DNA of 63,822 nt, counting the filler, from Globobulimina sp. (taxonomy: Eukaryota): NCBI GenBank assembly GCA_003354225.1. It is 39 parts of 39 records of this genome, joined end to end, with 100 filler letters (N's around TTAATTAATTAA, not from the genome) between each part and the next. Parts side by side here need not be neighbours in the genome. Positions count along the whole stretch, not along the records: positions 11,481 to 13,020 come from PIVH01015099.1; positions 13,121 to 14,660 come from PIVH01015100.1; positions 14,761 to 16,300 come from PIVH01015101.1; positions 16,401 to 17,940 come from PIVH01015102.1; positions 18,041 to 19,580 come from PIVH01015103.1; positions 19,681 to 21,220 come from PIVH01015104.1; positions 21,321 to 22,860 come from PIVH01015105.1; 32 more parts are not named here. One strand, written 5' to 3'. Shown piece after piece: positions 11,483 to 22,960 of the stretch (the stretch's first letter is position 1; every line of letters begins with the position of its first letter). A program made the translations under genes and the position numbers. Below the pieces are notes generated by a model. The model was not told where the DNA came from. It saw nothing but the letters and a program-made list of their open reading frames with translations, and did not search any database.

Positions 11483-13020
11483 AATACAAAAGAGCGGAAA
11501 TATCATGTTGTGACTTCAGGAAATGTCAATTTAGAGGCATTTATGCACGAATTTGAGATGGCATTATACGAAGAATGCCAATGTCGACAATTGGCGCAGA
11601 ACTACAATTTGAACCTAACAGACATTGAAGAAGAGGCATATATGGATTGCATTGAAGAAGGGCAGAAATTGACGGATCCGGACAGGAGAATGATGGTAAA
11701 GGAGGATAAGGTGTCGCTGTACATGGTGACGACAGCGGGTACGTTAAATAAATTGGTTTTAGCGACTCTGCCAAAGTTAGGATTCGATTTGGTGGCGGAT
11801 TACGACTGGGATTTGGAAGTGGAGATTTTGACAAAGATACTGTCGAAGTGGGTGGATAGAGGCGAACTGAAAGCAAAGTGGTTTAAGGCGTTACAGCCAC
11901 AATTCCCCACAAAATATCATTATCGAGACGCAAATTTGTATCCTTTGTGGAAGACACACAAAGCCGAGCCGTCGCTGCGTTTAATCTCGTCGTTTATTGG
12001 GACATTCTGGGAAGCAACGGATAAGTTTTTAGATTATTTGATTCAACCGATTTGGAACTCCGAATTAGAAAAAGGTTTCCTATTAAAGGACACCAAAGAT
12101 TTGGTGACCAGAGTCATAAATTTCAATGAAAACAAGCAAATTCAATGGCATATTAAAGATAGAAAGGATTTTATTGTATGGTCCTTCGATGTGGTTAAAT
12201 TGTATCCGTCCATATTACACGAATATGGATTGGAACAATTAAAGTTGAGACTGAATGAAAATGCACATTTATTGGCGTTACATCCGTCAAAAGAATGCAT
12301 TTTAGATTTATTAAATGTGGCATTGAGACGAGGTGTGGTAGTATGGAATGGACAGCATTTCATTAAAAGACGAGGATGCGGAATGGGGAGAAGTTGGGCG
12401 TGCCGCTACGCAGATTTATCACTCGTTTTATACGACGATTTATTGAGAGACAGTAATTGGGTGCAACGCTGGTCGAATTTGGAAGTTTTGATGGATGGGA
12501 GATTCAGAGATGACTTTTTTGGCGCGGGCTGCGGGAATACGTTTGATCTGAAATGTTTGCTGTACGCTATGAACGATTTAAATAAATCGCTCCAATTTAC
12601 ATTGGACTATAATTGTGTTCATAGAGACACAGATTTAAACGGCAAATATTTGGAAATTTTAGATACAAAATTTATCGTTCAACGAAAATGGAAAATATTC
12701 GGAGATTTAGAATTCTGGGGCTGGGACATTGCAGTTGATGTCCATTCAAAAGACACCGACACACACTGCACGTTACAAAATGATTCGTGCCATGCTAGCC
12801 ACCAAAAAAGAGCCATAATTTCGTCGACAGCATTGAGAATACGCAGTATTTGCGACGATCAATTCATTGAGAAACAATTCAGAAATTACAAAAGCTTTCT
12901 TATTGCGAGAGATCACGATGTCTGGCAAGTAAATAATGTATTTAATAAATTTCAAAATTTAACAAAGAAACAAGCGTTAAAAATATGGACCAAACCATGG
13001 TATATTCGACAAAAACGAAA
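11483..13020 (+). mobile_element. Penelope-like element (PLE) reverse transcriptase, partial
   Basis: ORF spans the contig. Motifs: NLT..E, EDK (ADK), LWKTHK, LRLIS, LKDT, FDVVKLYPSI, GCGMG...YADL, RFRDD, LQFT, ILD, and the PLE thumb motif HSKDTD...SCH...K. Confidence 0.85.
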
Positions 13021-13120
13021 NNNNNNNNNNNNNNNNNNNNNNNNNNNNNNNNNNNNNNNNNNNNTTAATTAATTAANNNNNNNNNNNNNNNNNNNNNNNN
13101 NNNNNNNNNNNNNNNNNNNN

Positions 13121-14447
13121 CAAGCGAGACACCATCAATTGTTCGAATTCTTTCAATACTCCGATGGATGTCTTCATCATGGTTAGGAATTTAAGTTCTT
13201 CCAGTGCAATCTCCGCCTGGGAACTGAAAGTAGAATCAGATCCAGGCATCATCGTGAGTCCAAAGGAAATATCGGGTGGCGGCATGAATATTGGGACATT
13301 CCCCAATATGGTGGTTGGCCTCGGGACTCCAATTGTTGTGGAGAATTCCCAGACGATTTTGGCAACACTTTCTGTTTTTCCGATCGCAGAGGGCGGAATC
13401 TCACTTGGTGCTACAGATGACCCTTCGATACCTGGTGCAACAACCCCTATTATTCTAATGCAAGAAGGTAATTTATTAGTAGAAACCAGCCTGTTGTTGC
13501 CCGAGGGTGGAGATTCGCAAATATGGTTTTCTGATGATTGCGAGCAGGCGGTTTCTCAGCAGGGTGTTCTTTTGGAAACATATGAGATTGAAGATGCTAC
13601 GCCGTTTAATTTAACTACTGGGACACTAAATGATTCGGCTCCAGACAACTACCAGCCAAAGTCATCAAATTATTGGGAACAATATCTTACATTATCTGAA
13701 TTCTGTTTTATTGGTCATGTCGATACAGCTAGGTATTTGTGCTACACAGCACCCACTGAGATGGCACAGTCTGTGGGAGTTGTGAAATTCAATGTGACCG
13801 AGCCATATTGGGGTGTGAGTGGAAATGAAATGGTTATTGAAACACGAGTTAATCGACCAGATAATTGTGTAACATACTCCCGTGCATACTTTGACAGCTT
13901 TGATGAAGGTGATGAGTATTTTGTCGTGGGAAGTAGATTTGGCAACAGGTTCAAGGCTATGGATAGCGGAATCTTCAAAGTTATTGACGGTGAACTGTAC
14001 GATCCACGCGCCACAAAAAATAAATGCACCGAAATTAAAAAACTTTTGGGGAAAATTTCAGAGAAAAAAAATGTTCGACAACAAGTAAATATTTCCGAAA
14101 TAATATGTACTGTTAGAATTCCCAGCCTGGACAAAAACTCAATTTCCCCCGTTGTTGGAGCATCACTTACAAAGGTCCTAAAAGGTGAAGTCCCTAAGGG
14201 AAATATTAGTATAAATGTAGAACACGACTTCCCCCCAAAAGACTTGGGGGGATATTATTTCCCGCCTCAATTTGACGAGGGTAGAGATTATTTGGTTTTT
14301 CTTGAGAAGCAGGACGGGGGTGGGTATCAGTGTGTAAACGGAATACTCGGCGCCTACGAACTTGTCGATGGTATTCTTTACAGATTCGAAGAATTAGAGT
14401 GGGGGCCACTTAGTCTGGTCGTTGCAATGATGGAGGATCAAAAATAA
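13121..14447 (+). CDS. Probable bacterial extracellular beta-rich protein, 5' partial
   Basis: Higher GC than neighbours, intronless and followed closely by a second ORF. Its N-terminal module (WELKV...MNIG.FPNMVVGLGTP...LATL...PSIPG) resembles cohesin-like modules of bacterial secreted proteins. Confidence 0.55.
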
Positions 14448-14464
14448 ATAATTTATTGTGATGC

Positions 14465-14660
14465 TTGTTTCTTATGTTAGTACTAGTTTCGACACCAGCT
14501 CATAGCTGTCCTGGGGGTAGCCCAAATATCATCGGAGAAAACTTTGAAGGCCCTGCTTTTTATCTTGATTGCGCTTTTAATTTCAAGCACTGCCACGGCG
14601 AACACTTGGTATGTCAAAAAAAATGGCACAGGCGATTTTACCATTATCCAGGATGCCGTT
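14465..14660 (+). CDS. Probable bacterial secreted protein, start
   Basis: Signal-peptide-like 'LMLVLVSTPAHS|CPGG' just downstream of the previous ORF. Confidence 0.35.
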
Positions 14661-14869
14661 NNNNNNNNNNNNNNNNNNNNNNNNNNNNNNNNNNNNNNNN
14701 NNNNTTAATTAATTAANNNNNNNNNNNNNNNNNNNNNNNNNNNNNNNNNNNNNNNNNNNNGAATCATTTTTAACAAAGAAACCGAATAAAAAAGTTTGAA
14801 TGTTATAGCACCAATAAATCCCGAGATATCGCATTTCAGCTTTTTTAAAGTTTGGCTTTATTATAATAA

Positions 14870-15562
14870 GTATATATATTGATTCAGGTATGGTTGAATA
14901 CAATTGATTCTTCCAAAGATTTAACTCAGTCAAGCGGTGTAAATTACCGATTGATTGAGGTATGGTTCCCGTCAAAGTATTGTCATTTAAAATAAGAAAT
15001 TCTAATTTGGTTAATTTACCAATTGTGGATGGAACAGAGCCAGATAACAAATTATCAGTCAATACCAGTGACTGTAATGATAACAATCTATTAATATCAT
15101 GTGGGATATAACCAGACAATCTGTTATTTTGTAAACCTAAATACGTCAATTTAACTAAATCACAAATTGTGTTTGGAATGATGCCAGATATGTTGTTATG
15201 TGACAGCTGTAATGTACGTAGTGATGTTAAGTTACCAATTGAATTTGGTATGATCCCCGTTAAATTATTTTTATTTAAAATTAAACTTACAATACATGTT
15301 TTAAATGGTGCATTACATGTTTTAAATGGTGCATTACACAAACATTGCCATTATTTAATTCACTGATATTCCATTTATTAACCCAATATAATCCATTTGT
15401 CGAATCATACAAATCACGCAACGCATTGATATCTGGTTGAATAACCGTACTTTTTGTCTCTTTTACAAATGTAACTGTAACATGAATAATTTGAAACAGG
15501 AATACGTTTGAAACTGTATATATTATAACTGTATATGGTCGGGATTGTAAAAAATCTATCAA
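14870..15562 (-). pseudogene. Leucine-rich repeat (LxxNxLxGxIP type) surface protein, disrupted
   Basis: Signal-like segment, LRRNT 'DINALRDLYDSTNG..W..KW' and about six LRRs. Frameshift plus a 21 bp tandem duplication near 15293-15336; the LRR pattern ends abruptly near 14870. Confidence 0.7.
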
Positions 15563-16400
15563 TATATCGACGTATAATGAATAGAAATTTAGGACTAATA
15601 TTGAGAGAGAAAATCAATGAAGTCTGGATACAAAGTTTGCTGTTAACGTCTCGGTCTAAACAATGACCTTTGAGAACATAGATGCTTTGAGTTTTGTAGA
15701 TTAATTAAAGAAAACACGAGGTTCACACTAAGAAATAGAATCCACTCAAAAATAAAAAGTATAAGAAATACGTAAATAAAAAGAGGCCAAACCCGGAACA
15801 GAAGAATAAAAATCATATACACAAAAGGAATTGATCACGGATCAAAAATAAAGTCCTCTACAATGAAAAATAGAAATCATAAAAATATCGGACTGAGGAC
15901 GAGATATCACAGATATTCTCATCACACATATCCAGTAAGCGTAAAAAATATAAAAAATGAATAATATCTCCATAATAGAATTGAATAATATGTCCCGGAA
16001 AAATAGATAACTTTCGGAAAAAATAAAAAGACATTGTTACATCTGTCCGGGTTTTGGCCATAAATATTGGTAATTTCTTCATTGTGTTGAGATGGTAAAG
16101 TACTATAACCATAGCGTTTGAATTATAACTGTATACATGGGCCGCACCTTCGTCATTTCCTTTTACTTTTTCTTCTTCTTCTGGCTGTGGCTGTGGCGGT
16201 GGTTGTTGATCATCAGATTCCTCCAATAATTGTGACGACGAATCGTCATCATCTGTACTTTGCGAATCGGTGTCGTCGGTCGCATTGTGAGCATCTTTTA
16301 NNNNNNNNNNNNNNNNNNNNNNNNNNNNNNNNNNNNNNNNNNNNTTAATTAATTAANNNNNNNNNNNNNNNNNNNNNNNNNNNNNNNNNNNNNNNNNNNN

Positions 16401-16652
16401 CAAAATAATGGAGGTAAAAGTTTTTATTTTGGTGACGCTCCGTGTATTGCCGATATTTTTGTTGCTGATTTTTTGCGGAGATTTAAATTTATTAAACCAG
16501 ACTTGTACAAAGAATGTGGATTTGATTTATTGAAGGCATTTCTACCGCGGTTTGAAACATATCCGGCAGTTAAAGCGTTTTTGGAATCAGATGGTTATAA
16601 ATCAACTGTTGGTAAAGGCACTGAAGGGAAGATGGGATATCTTGCATTATAA
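16401..16652 (+). CDS. Glutathione S-transferase C-terminal part
   Basis: QNNGGKSFYFGDAPCIADIFV...YPAVKAFLES...TAA. Not in the ORF track because it has no start codon. Confidence 0.8.
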   Translation, partial: QNNGGKSFYFGDAPCIADIFVADFLRRFKFIKPDLYKECGFDLLKAFLPRFETYPAVKAFLESDGYKSTVGKGTEGKMGYLAL

Positions 16653-16883
16653 TATGACATAAATTTGTACATTAATTTTGTAAATTTTCTGGTTTTAATT
16701 TTGCAAAAACCTCGCTAAAAAACTTTCAATTTAAAATATTTTACAGGTCATATTGAGTTAACGCTGATGTCTCTAAACTAAGATGGAAACCGGCTTAAAC
16801 AAATCTTTTTGTCCACACAGGATTACAAAGTCCGAACAGTGGACAAAAGACATTTATTATATAATTAAACAAATCAGAAAGTG

Positions 16884-17939
16884 CTAATAATTAAGAGGGA
16901 AAATTGGGAATAAATGCACAAATTGTCCAACAAATAGGAATAAAATCGGTTCACATATCCATTTTCTTGAATATTGCACATAATTAAATAAATACATTGA
17001 TGGAGTCATCGTAGTTAATGCCTGATGGCACGTCAACTGAATCCAAACATAAATGATGATACACAATATCCACGATAAAAGCAATGAAGTAATAGTACAT
17101 TCTTTACATTTTCGAAGTGAAGTTGGTAAAATAAATAAAACTGTGATACCACACAAAACACAGATTAAATAGGACCATATCTTGTAGATTCTCAGTGATT
17201 GTGCCAAAGTCTTACATTTTGAACTTAATATTACATGATTTACAACAGGAAAATATATGAATTTATAAATTAAAACCACACTCATCAATGATAGGGCAGC
17301 GGGGCCAATGTAATCTGTAAACTGCTTCGAATATGAATATTTCACTGAGAAATGAAGAAAAATGAATAAATGTACAATGAATGAGAGGGCTGCCAATGAG
17401 ATACTTTTCTTCAATGATTCATACACAGTCAAATCAAATAATAAAATACCACAACAATACGTTATTACACATATCATGCAACACGACGCAAATATTAATA
17501 ACAAATATAAAATCTCGTCACTTGCAATTATTGACACTGCCCTTAAATGCAATAACATGCTGAATATCAATGGTATGACATATTTACTTAACAATACACA
17601 TAAAATACTTGCATGATTTATGAATTTATCATTTATTATTTCTATCTCATACACATTGCACCATCGCTGAAATCCATCAAACGCAGCAATATCATAAATA
17701 TGTGCTAACCTTTGGATCATTCGACCCATATAATCCTCAATAAATAATGAGGTGTAATGTCCAAATTCGTTGTAATTCTCTGTACCAAACGCACCGTGCA
17801 ACGCACTGAAGGTTGATTGCGTTGAATCATTGCTGGCATTGCTGCAGTTACTATGATTGCTATAATTCCGTTTAAAATTAAATATAACGTCTGATTCCTC
17901 GACCTCTTCATCAGTTTTTGTGCCATAAATATAGCGCAA
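16884..17939 (-). CDS. Multi-pass membrane protein of unknown function, partial
   Basis: About seven hydrophobic helices after a polar N-terminal region. Confidence 0.55.
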   Translation of the reverse strand: MRYIYGTKTDEEVEESDVIFNFKRNYSNHSNCSNASNDSTQSTFSALHGAFGTENYNEFGHYTSLFIEDYMGRMIQRLAHIYDIAAFDGFQRWCNVYEIEIINDKFINHASILCVLLSKYVIPLIFSMLLHLRAVSIIASDEILYLLLIFASCCMICVITYCCGILLFDLTVYESLKKSISLAALSFIVHLFIFLHFSVKYSYSKQFTDYIGPAALSLMSVVLIYKFIYFPVVNHVILSSKCKTLAQSLRIYKIWSYLICVLCGITVLFILPTSLRKCKECTITSLLLSWILCIIIYVWIQLTCHQALTTMTPSMYLFNYVQYSRKWICEPILFLFVGQFVHLFPIFPLNY

Positions 17940-18040
17940 TNNNNNNNNNNNNNNNNNNNNNNNNNNNNNNNNNNNNNNNNNNNNTTAATTAATTAANNNN
18001 NNNNNNNNNNNNNNNNNNNNNNNNNNNNNNNNNNNNNNNN

Positions 18041-18476
18041 ATTGGCTTAGTTTGTTGAAAATAAATCGAAATCTTGATTTGAATGCATTGTTGTTATTGT
18101 TATTTGAATCTAAATCTAAATATGAAAATAAATATTTATTGCTGAATGATTCGATGAATAGTTTTAATTTTGCAACAATATCACTTCTTTGTTGGATGTT
18201 GATAGTTTGCCAATTATTCAATACTCCGTCGTATATTGTTTGTGCTGAAAATCGTAAAATTAAAATGTCACTTTCATTGTTACCATTTGTATTACTTAAT
18301 TCGAGTAAAATTGATAGACAAATATTCCACGCTTGTGCCTGTTTATTAAATTCCATTAAAAACTTATTTGCGGCTTGAAATGCATCTCGTTGAGAGTGCG
18401 ATTGACTGCCATACAAAATATTTAAATGTTTAATTAATTCGTGATGAATCTGCTGTGGTTTAGCCATTGAAGACAT
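18041..18476 (-). CDS. Importin-beta family N-terminus (transportin-3/importin-13-like)
   Basis: 'AANKFLMEFNKQAQAWNICLSIL...FSAQTIY' matches the IBN_N pattern. Confidence 0.7.
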
Positions 18477-19011
18477 GTTTGCAAAGTCAAGTTGCAAAGT
18501 TTTTTAGTGTTTTTACCAACATGTCATCTCCAACGGATTCATCAGTATATCAATATCAATGTAGAAACCCAAATAATATACTATTTTAATTTACATATAG
18601 CAGCTGTTGCTGCAAACATATTTAATTCGCATTCGCAAACTCGCAGTTTGGAAAATTAAATCCAAACAGTACATTAATTAAATTGCACGCAACACTCGAA
18701 TTTTATCGAATAAAATGAATTCATTGACCGGATCTGAGACATTAAAAGAAATTAGAAACATTATAAAAGCAAACGATTTTTTATTCAATGTAAAGACCGC
18801 CGGAAAAGGAAGAACCAAAAAAGTGATTGTAAAAGAAATAAATGATAAAATAAAAGCATTCAATGATCAACAAAACAAAGATGATCAGGAAAGAGATTTA
18901 ATACAACAGCAACGAATGCAATTTGATATTTTTGTACCTGCAGCAAAATTATGCTTCATAATCAAATCGCTATTTTTATTTTTTTTATACATTTATCAAC
19001 TGAAACCCGCC

Positions 19012-19580
19012 ATGAATTCGATTGCTTGGATATTAGCAACCGTTTGTATTTGTAATTCAATGTTTACGCCGCCCCGTCGCCGACCAGGCGATGGATTCCA
19101 GGGAGCAGATTTTGCTTCGATGGTATCGCTCACTCAAAAAATTATTGAACCACGTTTATTACCATCAGGCACGTGGTTGACAGACATGTATTTCACAGAC
19201 AAATTCCAAGCAAATGTGATGACGGCAAAAAGCCGCATTGAAGCGGATCCATCGGAGGCTGAAGGCAGAGATATTATTTACATTCGACATCGAGTTAAAA
19301 ATCCATCGGGAGACTATTCTGCAGCTCAATGGTATGAGTTGAAAATCCCTCAAAATATTATTATTTTTAGCGGTGCCTTTTGTCCGCCGCATAAAGAACA
19401 TTTTGAACGCATTGCAACAGTGTATCCGTATTATGACCATATCATTATTGCAATACAGGAAAACAGTGAAGAAAGAAATGGATATAAATTTGAAACAATT
19501 AAAGAAATCTGGAGCATTTATCTCGAGTTATTACCAGATAAAGGCCAGAAAATAACATTTTATGCAGCACTGACAACCAG
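19012..19580 (+). CDS. Predicted secreted protein with HIGH-type cytidylyltransferase-like domain, 3' partial
   Basis: Signal peptide MNSIAWILATVCICNS, then IIIFSGAFCPPHKEH (GxFxPxHxxH) followed by DHIIIAI. Confidence 0.65.
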
Positions 19581-19680
19581 NNNNNNNNNNNNNNNNNNNN
19601 NNNNNNNNNNNNNNNNNNNNNNNNTTAATTAATTAANNNNNNNNNNNNNNNNNNNNNNNNNNNNNNNNNNNNNNNNNNNN

Positions 19681-20882
19681 AAACTGAACCACGACCCCAA
19701 TTTAAAGCGGCAGAACCAGAGCCAGAACCTGACGAAGAGCCAGAACCAGAGCCTGAACCTGAGGAAGAGCCAGAGGCTGAACCGGAGCCAGAACCTGAAC
19801 CAGAGCCAGAGGAGAAAGTGCCCGATGAAGAGGAGGAGAAAGAATATAAATCGCCAGAAATTGATGCATCCGAACAACATGAACAACCATTGCCAAATCC
19901 GCGACCATCCATCGAAGCCGCTGAAAATTTCGACGAGGACATTGCCAAAAATGCAGCAAAGCGATTACGAGAAGCAATGAAAGGTTTAGGCACCAACGAA
20001 AAGAAAATAATCGGAGTGACCAATGGCTTCGATTTTGCTCAAAGAATGAAAATCAAAGAGACCTATCACAGCGAATATAACCGTGACTTAGTCAAAGACT
20101 TAAAATCCGAATTAAAGGGCAAATTTGAGAAAATGTGCATTGGTTTTTGGTTAGACGAAGGACGATACGATGCGGAACAGGTCAACAACGCAGTGGAGGG
20201 CTTGGGATTTAGCACCAAAGTCTTAAACGAGATCATTTGTACGCGCACCAACCAGCAGCTGAAAGCCATGCAAGTGGCGTGGTGGAAAGGCATGTCGATG
20301 CGAGACAGAATAAACGAGGAAACGAGTAAGTGGACGGGAGCTGGCAATTACGCCACTTTGTTAGTGTCGTTGTTGGAAGGCACGCGAGCACCCAATGGCC
20401 CATTGGACGAACAAGGCGCCAGGCTCGACGCCGAAGTCTTAAATAGATATTTGAGCCAAGAAAAGGAATCTGCGGCAAAGGAGAAATTTGTAGAGGTGTT
20501 TACGACCCGCTCATGGGTGCAACTTCGAGAGATCAGTGGCATTTTTCAAGATGTGTCCAAGAAATATACGTTGAATGGCGCCATTGAGAAAGCGTTTGGC
20601 GATGGAGATACCAGCAAAGCCCTGCAAACCATCGACGAATTTGCAGCGCAGCCTTATGATTTTTGGGCGAAGAAATTACGAAATGCCATGAAGGGAATGG
20701 GTACCGATGACGATGCCATGCGAAGAGTGATAATATCGCGCGCTGAGGTTGATTTGAGGGATGTTGCCATTGTGTTTGGGCAGCGGTATGGTGATGGAAA
20801 TACTTTAAACAAATGGATTAAAGACGATGCATCTGGTGATTATGAGAAATTATGTTTGGCTGTTTGTGGTTTGGATGATTGA
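19681..20882 (+). CDS. Annexin with (EP)n acidic N-terminal extension, 5' partial
   Basis: Four annexin repeats: AMKGLGTNE, LKSELKGKFE, IICTRTNQQL, AMKGMGTDD, SRAEVDL, SGDYEKL. Confidence 0.95.
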
Positions 20883-21039
20883 TAGTTGTAAAGTATATTT
20901 TTATGTAAATTAATTTATTTTTTGTGTGGTTTAATTTGTAATATATAATATTAATAAAACCATGATCGACACGTTGAAACTGGATAACTCCGAGCGCCGT
21001 TGGAAACACTTGCATCACTTCAATTAACTTTTTTGGCTT

Positions 21040-21220
21040 AGTTTCGTTTCATTTCATTTCAATGATTAGCAAAGTTTTTGGTAGCTAGAGTGGTTTTCAA
21101 CCTAGTATTCGAAGTTGACCTAGGTCATCCAATACTAGGTCAACTTCGAATACTAGGTTGAAAACAACTCTAGCTAACCCAAAAACCTTGCCAATCGTTG
21201 AAATGAAATGAAACGAAACT
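21040..21220. repeat. Long imperfect palindrome (~85 bp arms, 11 nt loop)
   Basis: 21040-21123 is the reverse complement of 21135-21220 with few differences. The same arm occurs at 9919-10016. Confidence 0.9.
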
Positions 21221-21320
21221 NNNNNNNNNNNNNNNNNNNNNNNNNNNNNNNNNNNNNNNNNNNNTTAATTAATTAANNNNNNNNNNNNNNNNNNNNNNNN
21301 NNNNNNNNNNNNNNNNNNNN

Positions 21321-21526
21321 CGATTGACGATGAGAACGATGAGAAAGGTCGTGATCAACAACAATATGGAAATGCAATTGTAACGAAAAAAGATGAATGG
21401 ATCACAATTGGACAAAGATATAATTTCCCTGAAATTGGAGAGAAAGTGACAGGGAAAGTAATTAAAATTATTCGTTTTGGAGTATTTATTGATATTGGTC
21501 TGAGAAGAAATGCATTTTTACATATT
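21321..21526 (+). CDS. S1 RNA-binding domain fragment; inverted continuation of the minus-strand UBC/WWE gene
   Basis: IDDENDEKGRDQQQYGNAIV...PEIGEKVTGKVIKIIRFGVFIDIGLRRNAFLHI. The first 48 bp are an inverted near-copy of 21521-21568. Confidence 0.75.
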
Positions 21527-22860
21527 GCTGTTGATCACGACCTTTCTCATCATTCTCCTCATCAATCGGTGGTAAATTATCCAATGATAAATCAATAAAC
21601 GCACATTGACCAACATATTTTCTGTAATCTATAACGGGAAACGGTATGATTTTCTTTTTTTTCTTTTTATTAATATCAAAATCTATCAATCCATCCCCAC
21701 CGTGGCTTAATGTTAACAATTCCTTCCATAATCCATCAGTCTTAACTTGCTTTATATTCCTTTTTATTTTATACACCTTCGCTTTTTCTACATTACGACA
21801 CTGCATTTTTCTAATATCAATTACAAAATGTTTCCCTTCTTTATTTTTAACATACGCTTTGAAATAAACCTTTTTAGTTTTCATTGGATACCAATAAGTA
21901 AACCAGTTACAAAATTTGCCATAATTCCTTGCCGATTCGTATCGTAAATACAATGCTTCAATTTGCAATGAAATATTTGTCGGAAATTCTACCCATTGCG
22001 TTTTAGTTTGCTTTTCTTTCTCTTTTCCATCATCGATACCATCCATAGATTGTATTGAATCATTGTACCACGACCAATAACCTCTTTTTGTGCAATACTT
22101 TGTTAATTTGTTATTTGTAAAGCTTTTATTCAAAGCAATGTCCAATGCGGATTCAATTCGATACATTTTTAATACCAACAATGCTTTATTCGGTGGCAAA
22201 GCAGGTTTTTGTTCCAACCATTCCTTCGTTCTATACACCAGCCCACGAATACAATTTATATGTTTCTTCAACATTGATTTAGTGCCATTTTTATTTTTTA
22301 AATCGCGAATGTATGCATCCAACGGACAATACCATGGCAACAACGCCCAATTAAAAAATCCACATTTTTCCACTCGGTCTATTTTATACCACTCATTCAA
22401 AGAACATAAATCATTGACAGCTTTCAAGAATTTACGCAATTCAATCTTAGTTTGTTCGATATCGTAATGCTCGACCTGTGGTATCATATATTTCCACCGG
22501 TTGTCCCAACATAACGGTTTAGGCCACGGATTAATTCCAGTATGTTGGCATTTTCTACAGTGGAAAAACTTTGCGGTTTTGCGTGACCTTAATGTTGTCG
22601 ATGTGCATCCCCATTCATCCAATCTCTTGCTCCAATAAGTTGTGTCTACAGCATCAAATAAAAAAGCTTGCAGTTGCACCAATATACTCTGCATTGTGTA
22701 TGCCGGTGTCCAGCCTTTTGAGAACAAAGTTTTTTACAAACAAAAAGCTAAAAAACGTTTATATTACAAACCGTATCCGATGTCTTTATGCGATTCGGTT
22801 TTAGGATTATTTGGTTGCCATTCGCCTTGCAACATATCCAAACATATATGTTTCCCGAAA
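21521..22860 (-). CDS. Ubiquitin-conjugating (E2/UBC)-like domain plus WWE domain protein
   Basis: Exon 'FGKHICLDMLQGEW' (E2 catalytic Cys) splices to 'GWTPAYTMQSILVQLQAFL'. Downstream WWE pattern WSWYND..WVEFP..ISLQIEALY..FVIDIRKMQCRN..IKR. Confidence 0.75.
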
Positions 22861-22960
22861 NNNNNNNNNNNNNNNNNNNNNNNNNNNNNNNNNNNNNNNN
22901 NNNNTTAATTAATTAANNNNNNNNNNNNNNNNNNNNNNNNNNNNNNNNNNNNNNNNNNNN

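Noticed and set aside
11483-14660. RT next to a bacterial-like gene, resembling a retron, DGR or defence locus
   Set aside because: They are on separate contigs joined by a linker, and the RT has Penelope-like rather than bacterial motifs.
19625-20023. Ser/Gly-rich and Phe/Trp-rich minus-strand ORFs
   Set aside because: Antisense shadows of the annexin (EP)n region.
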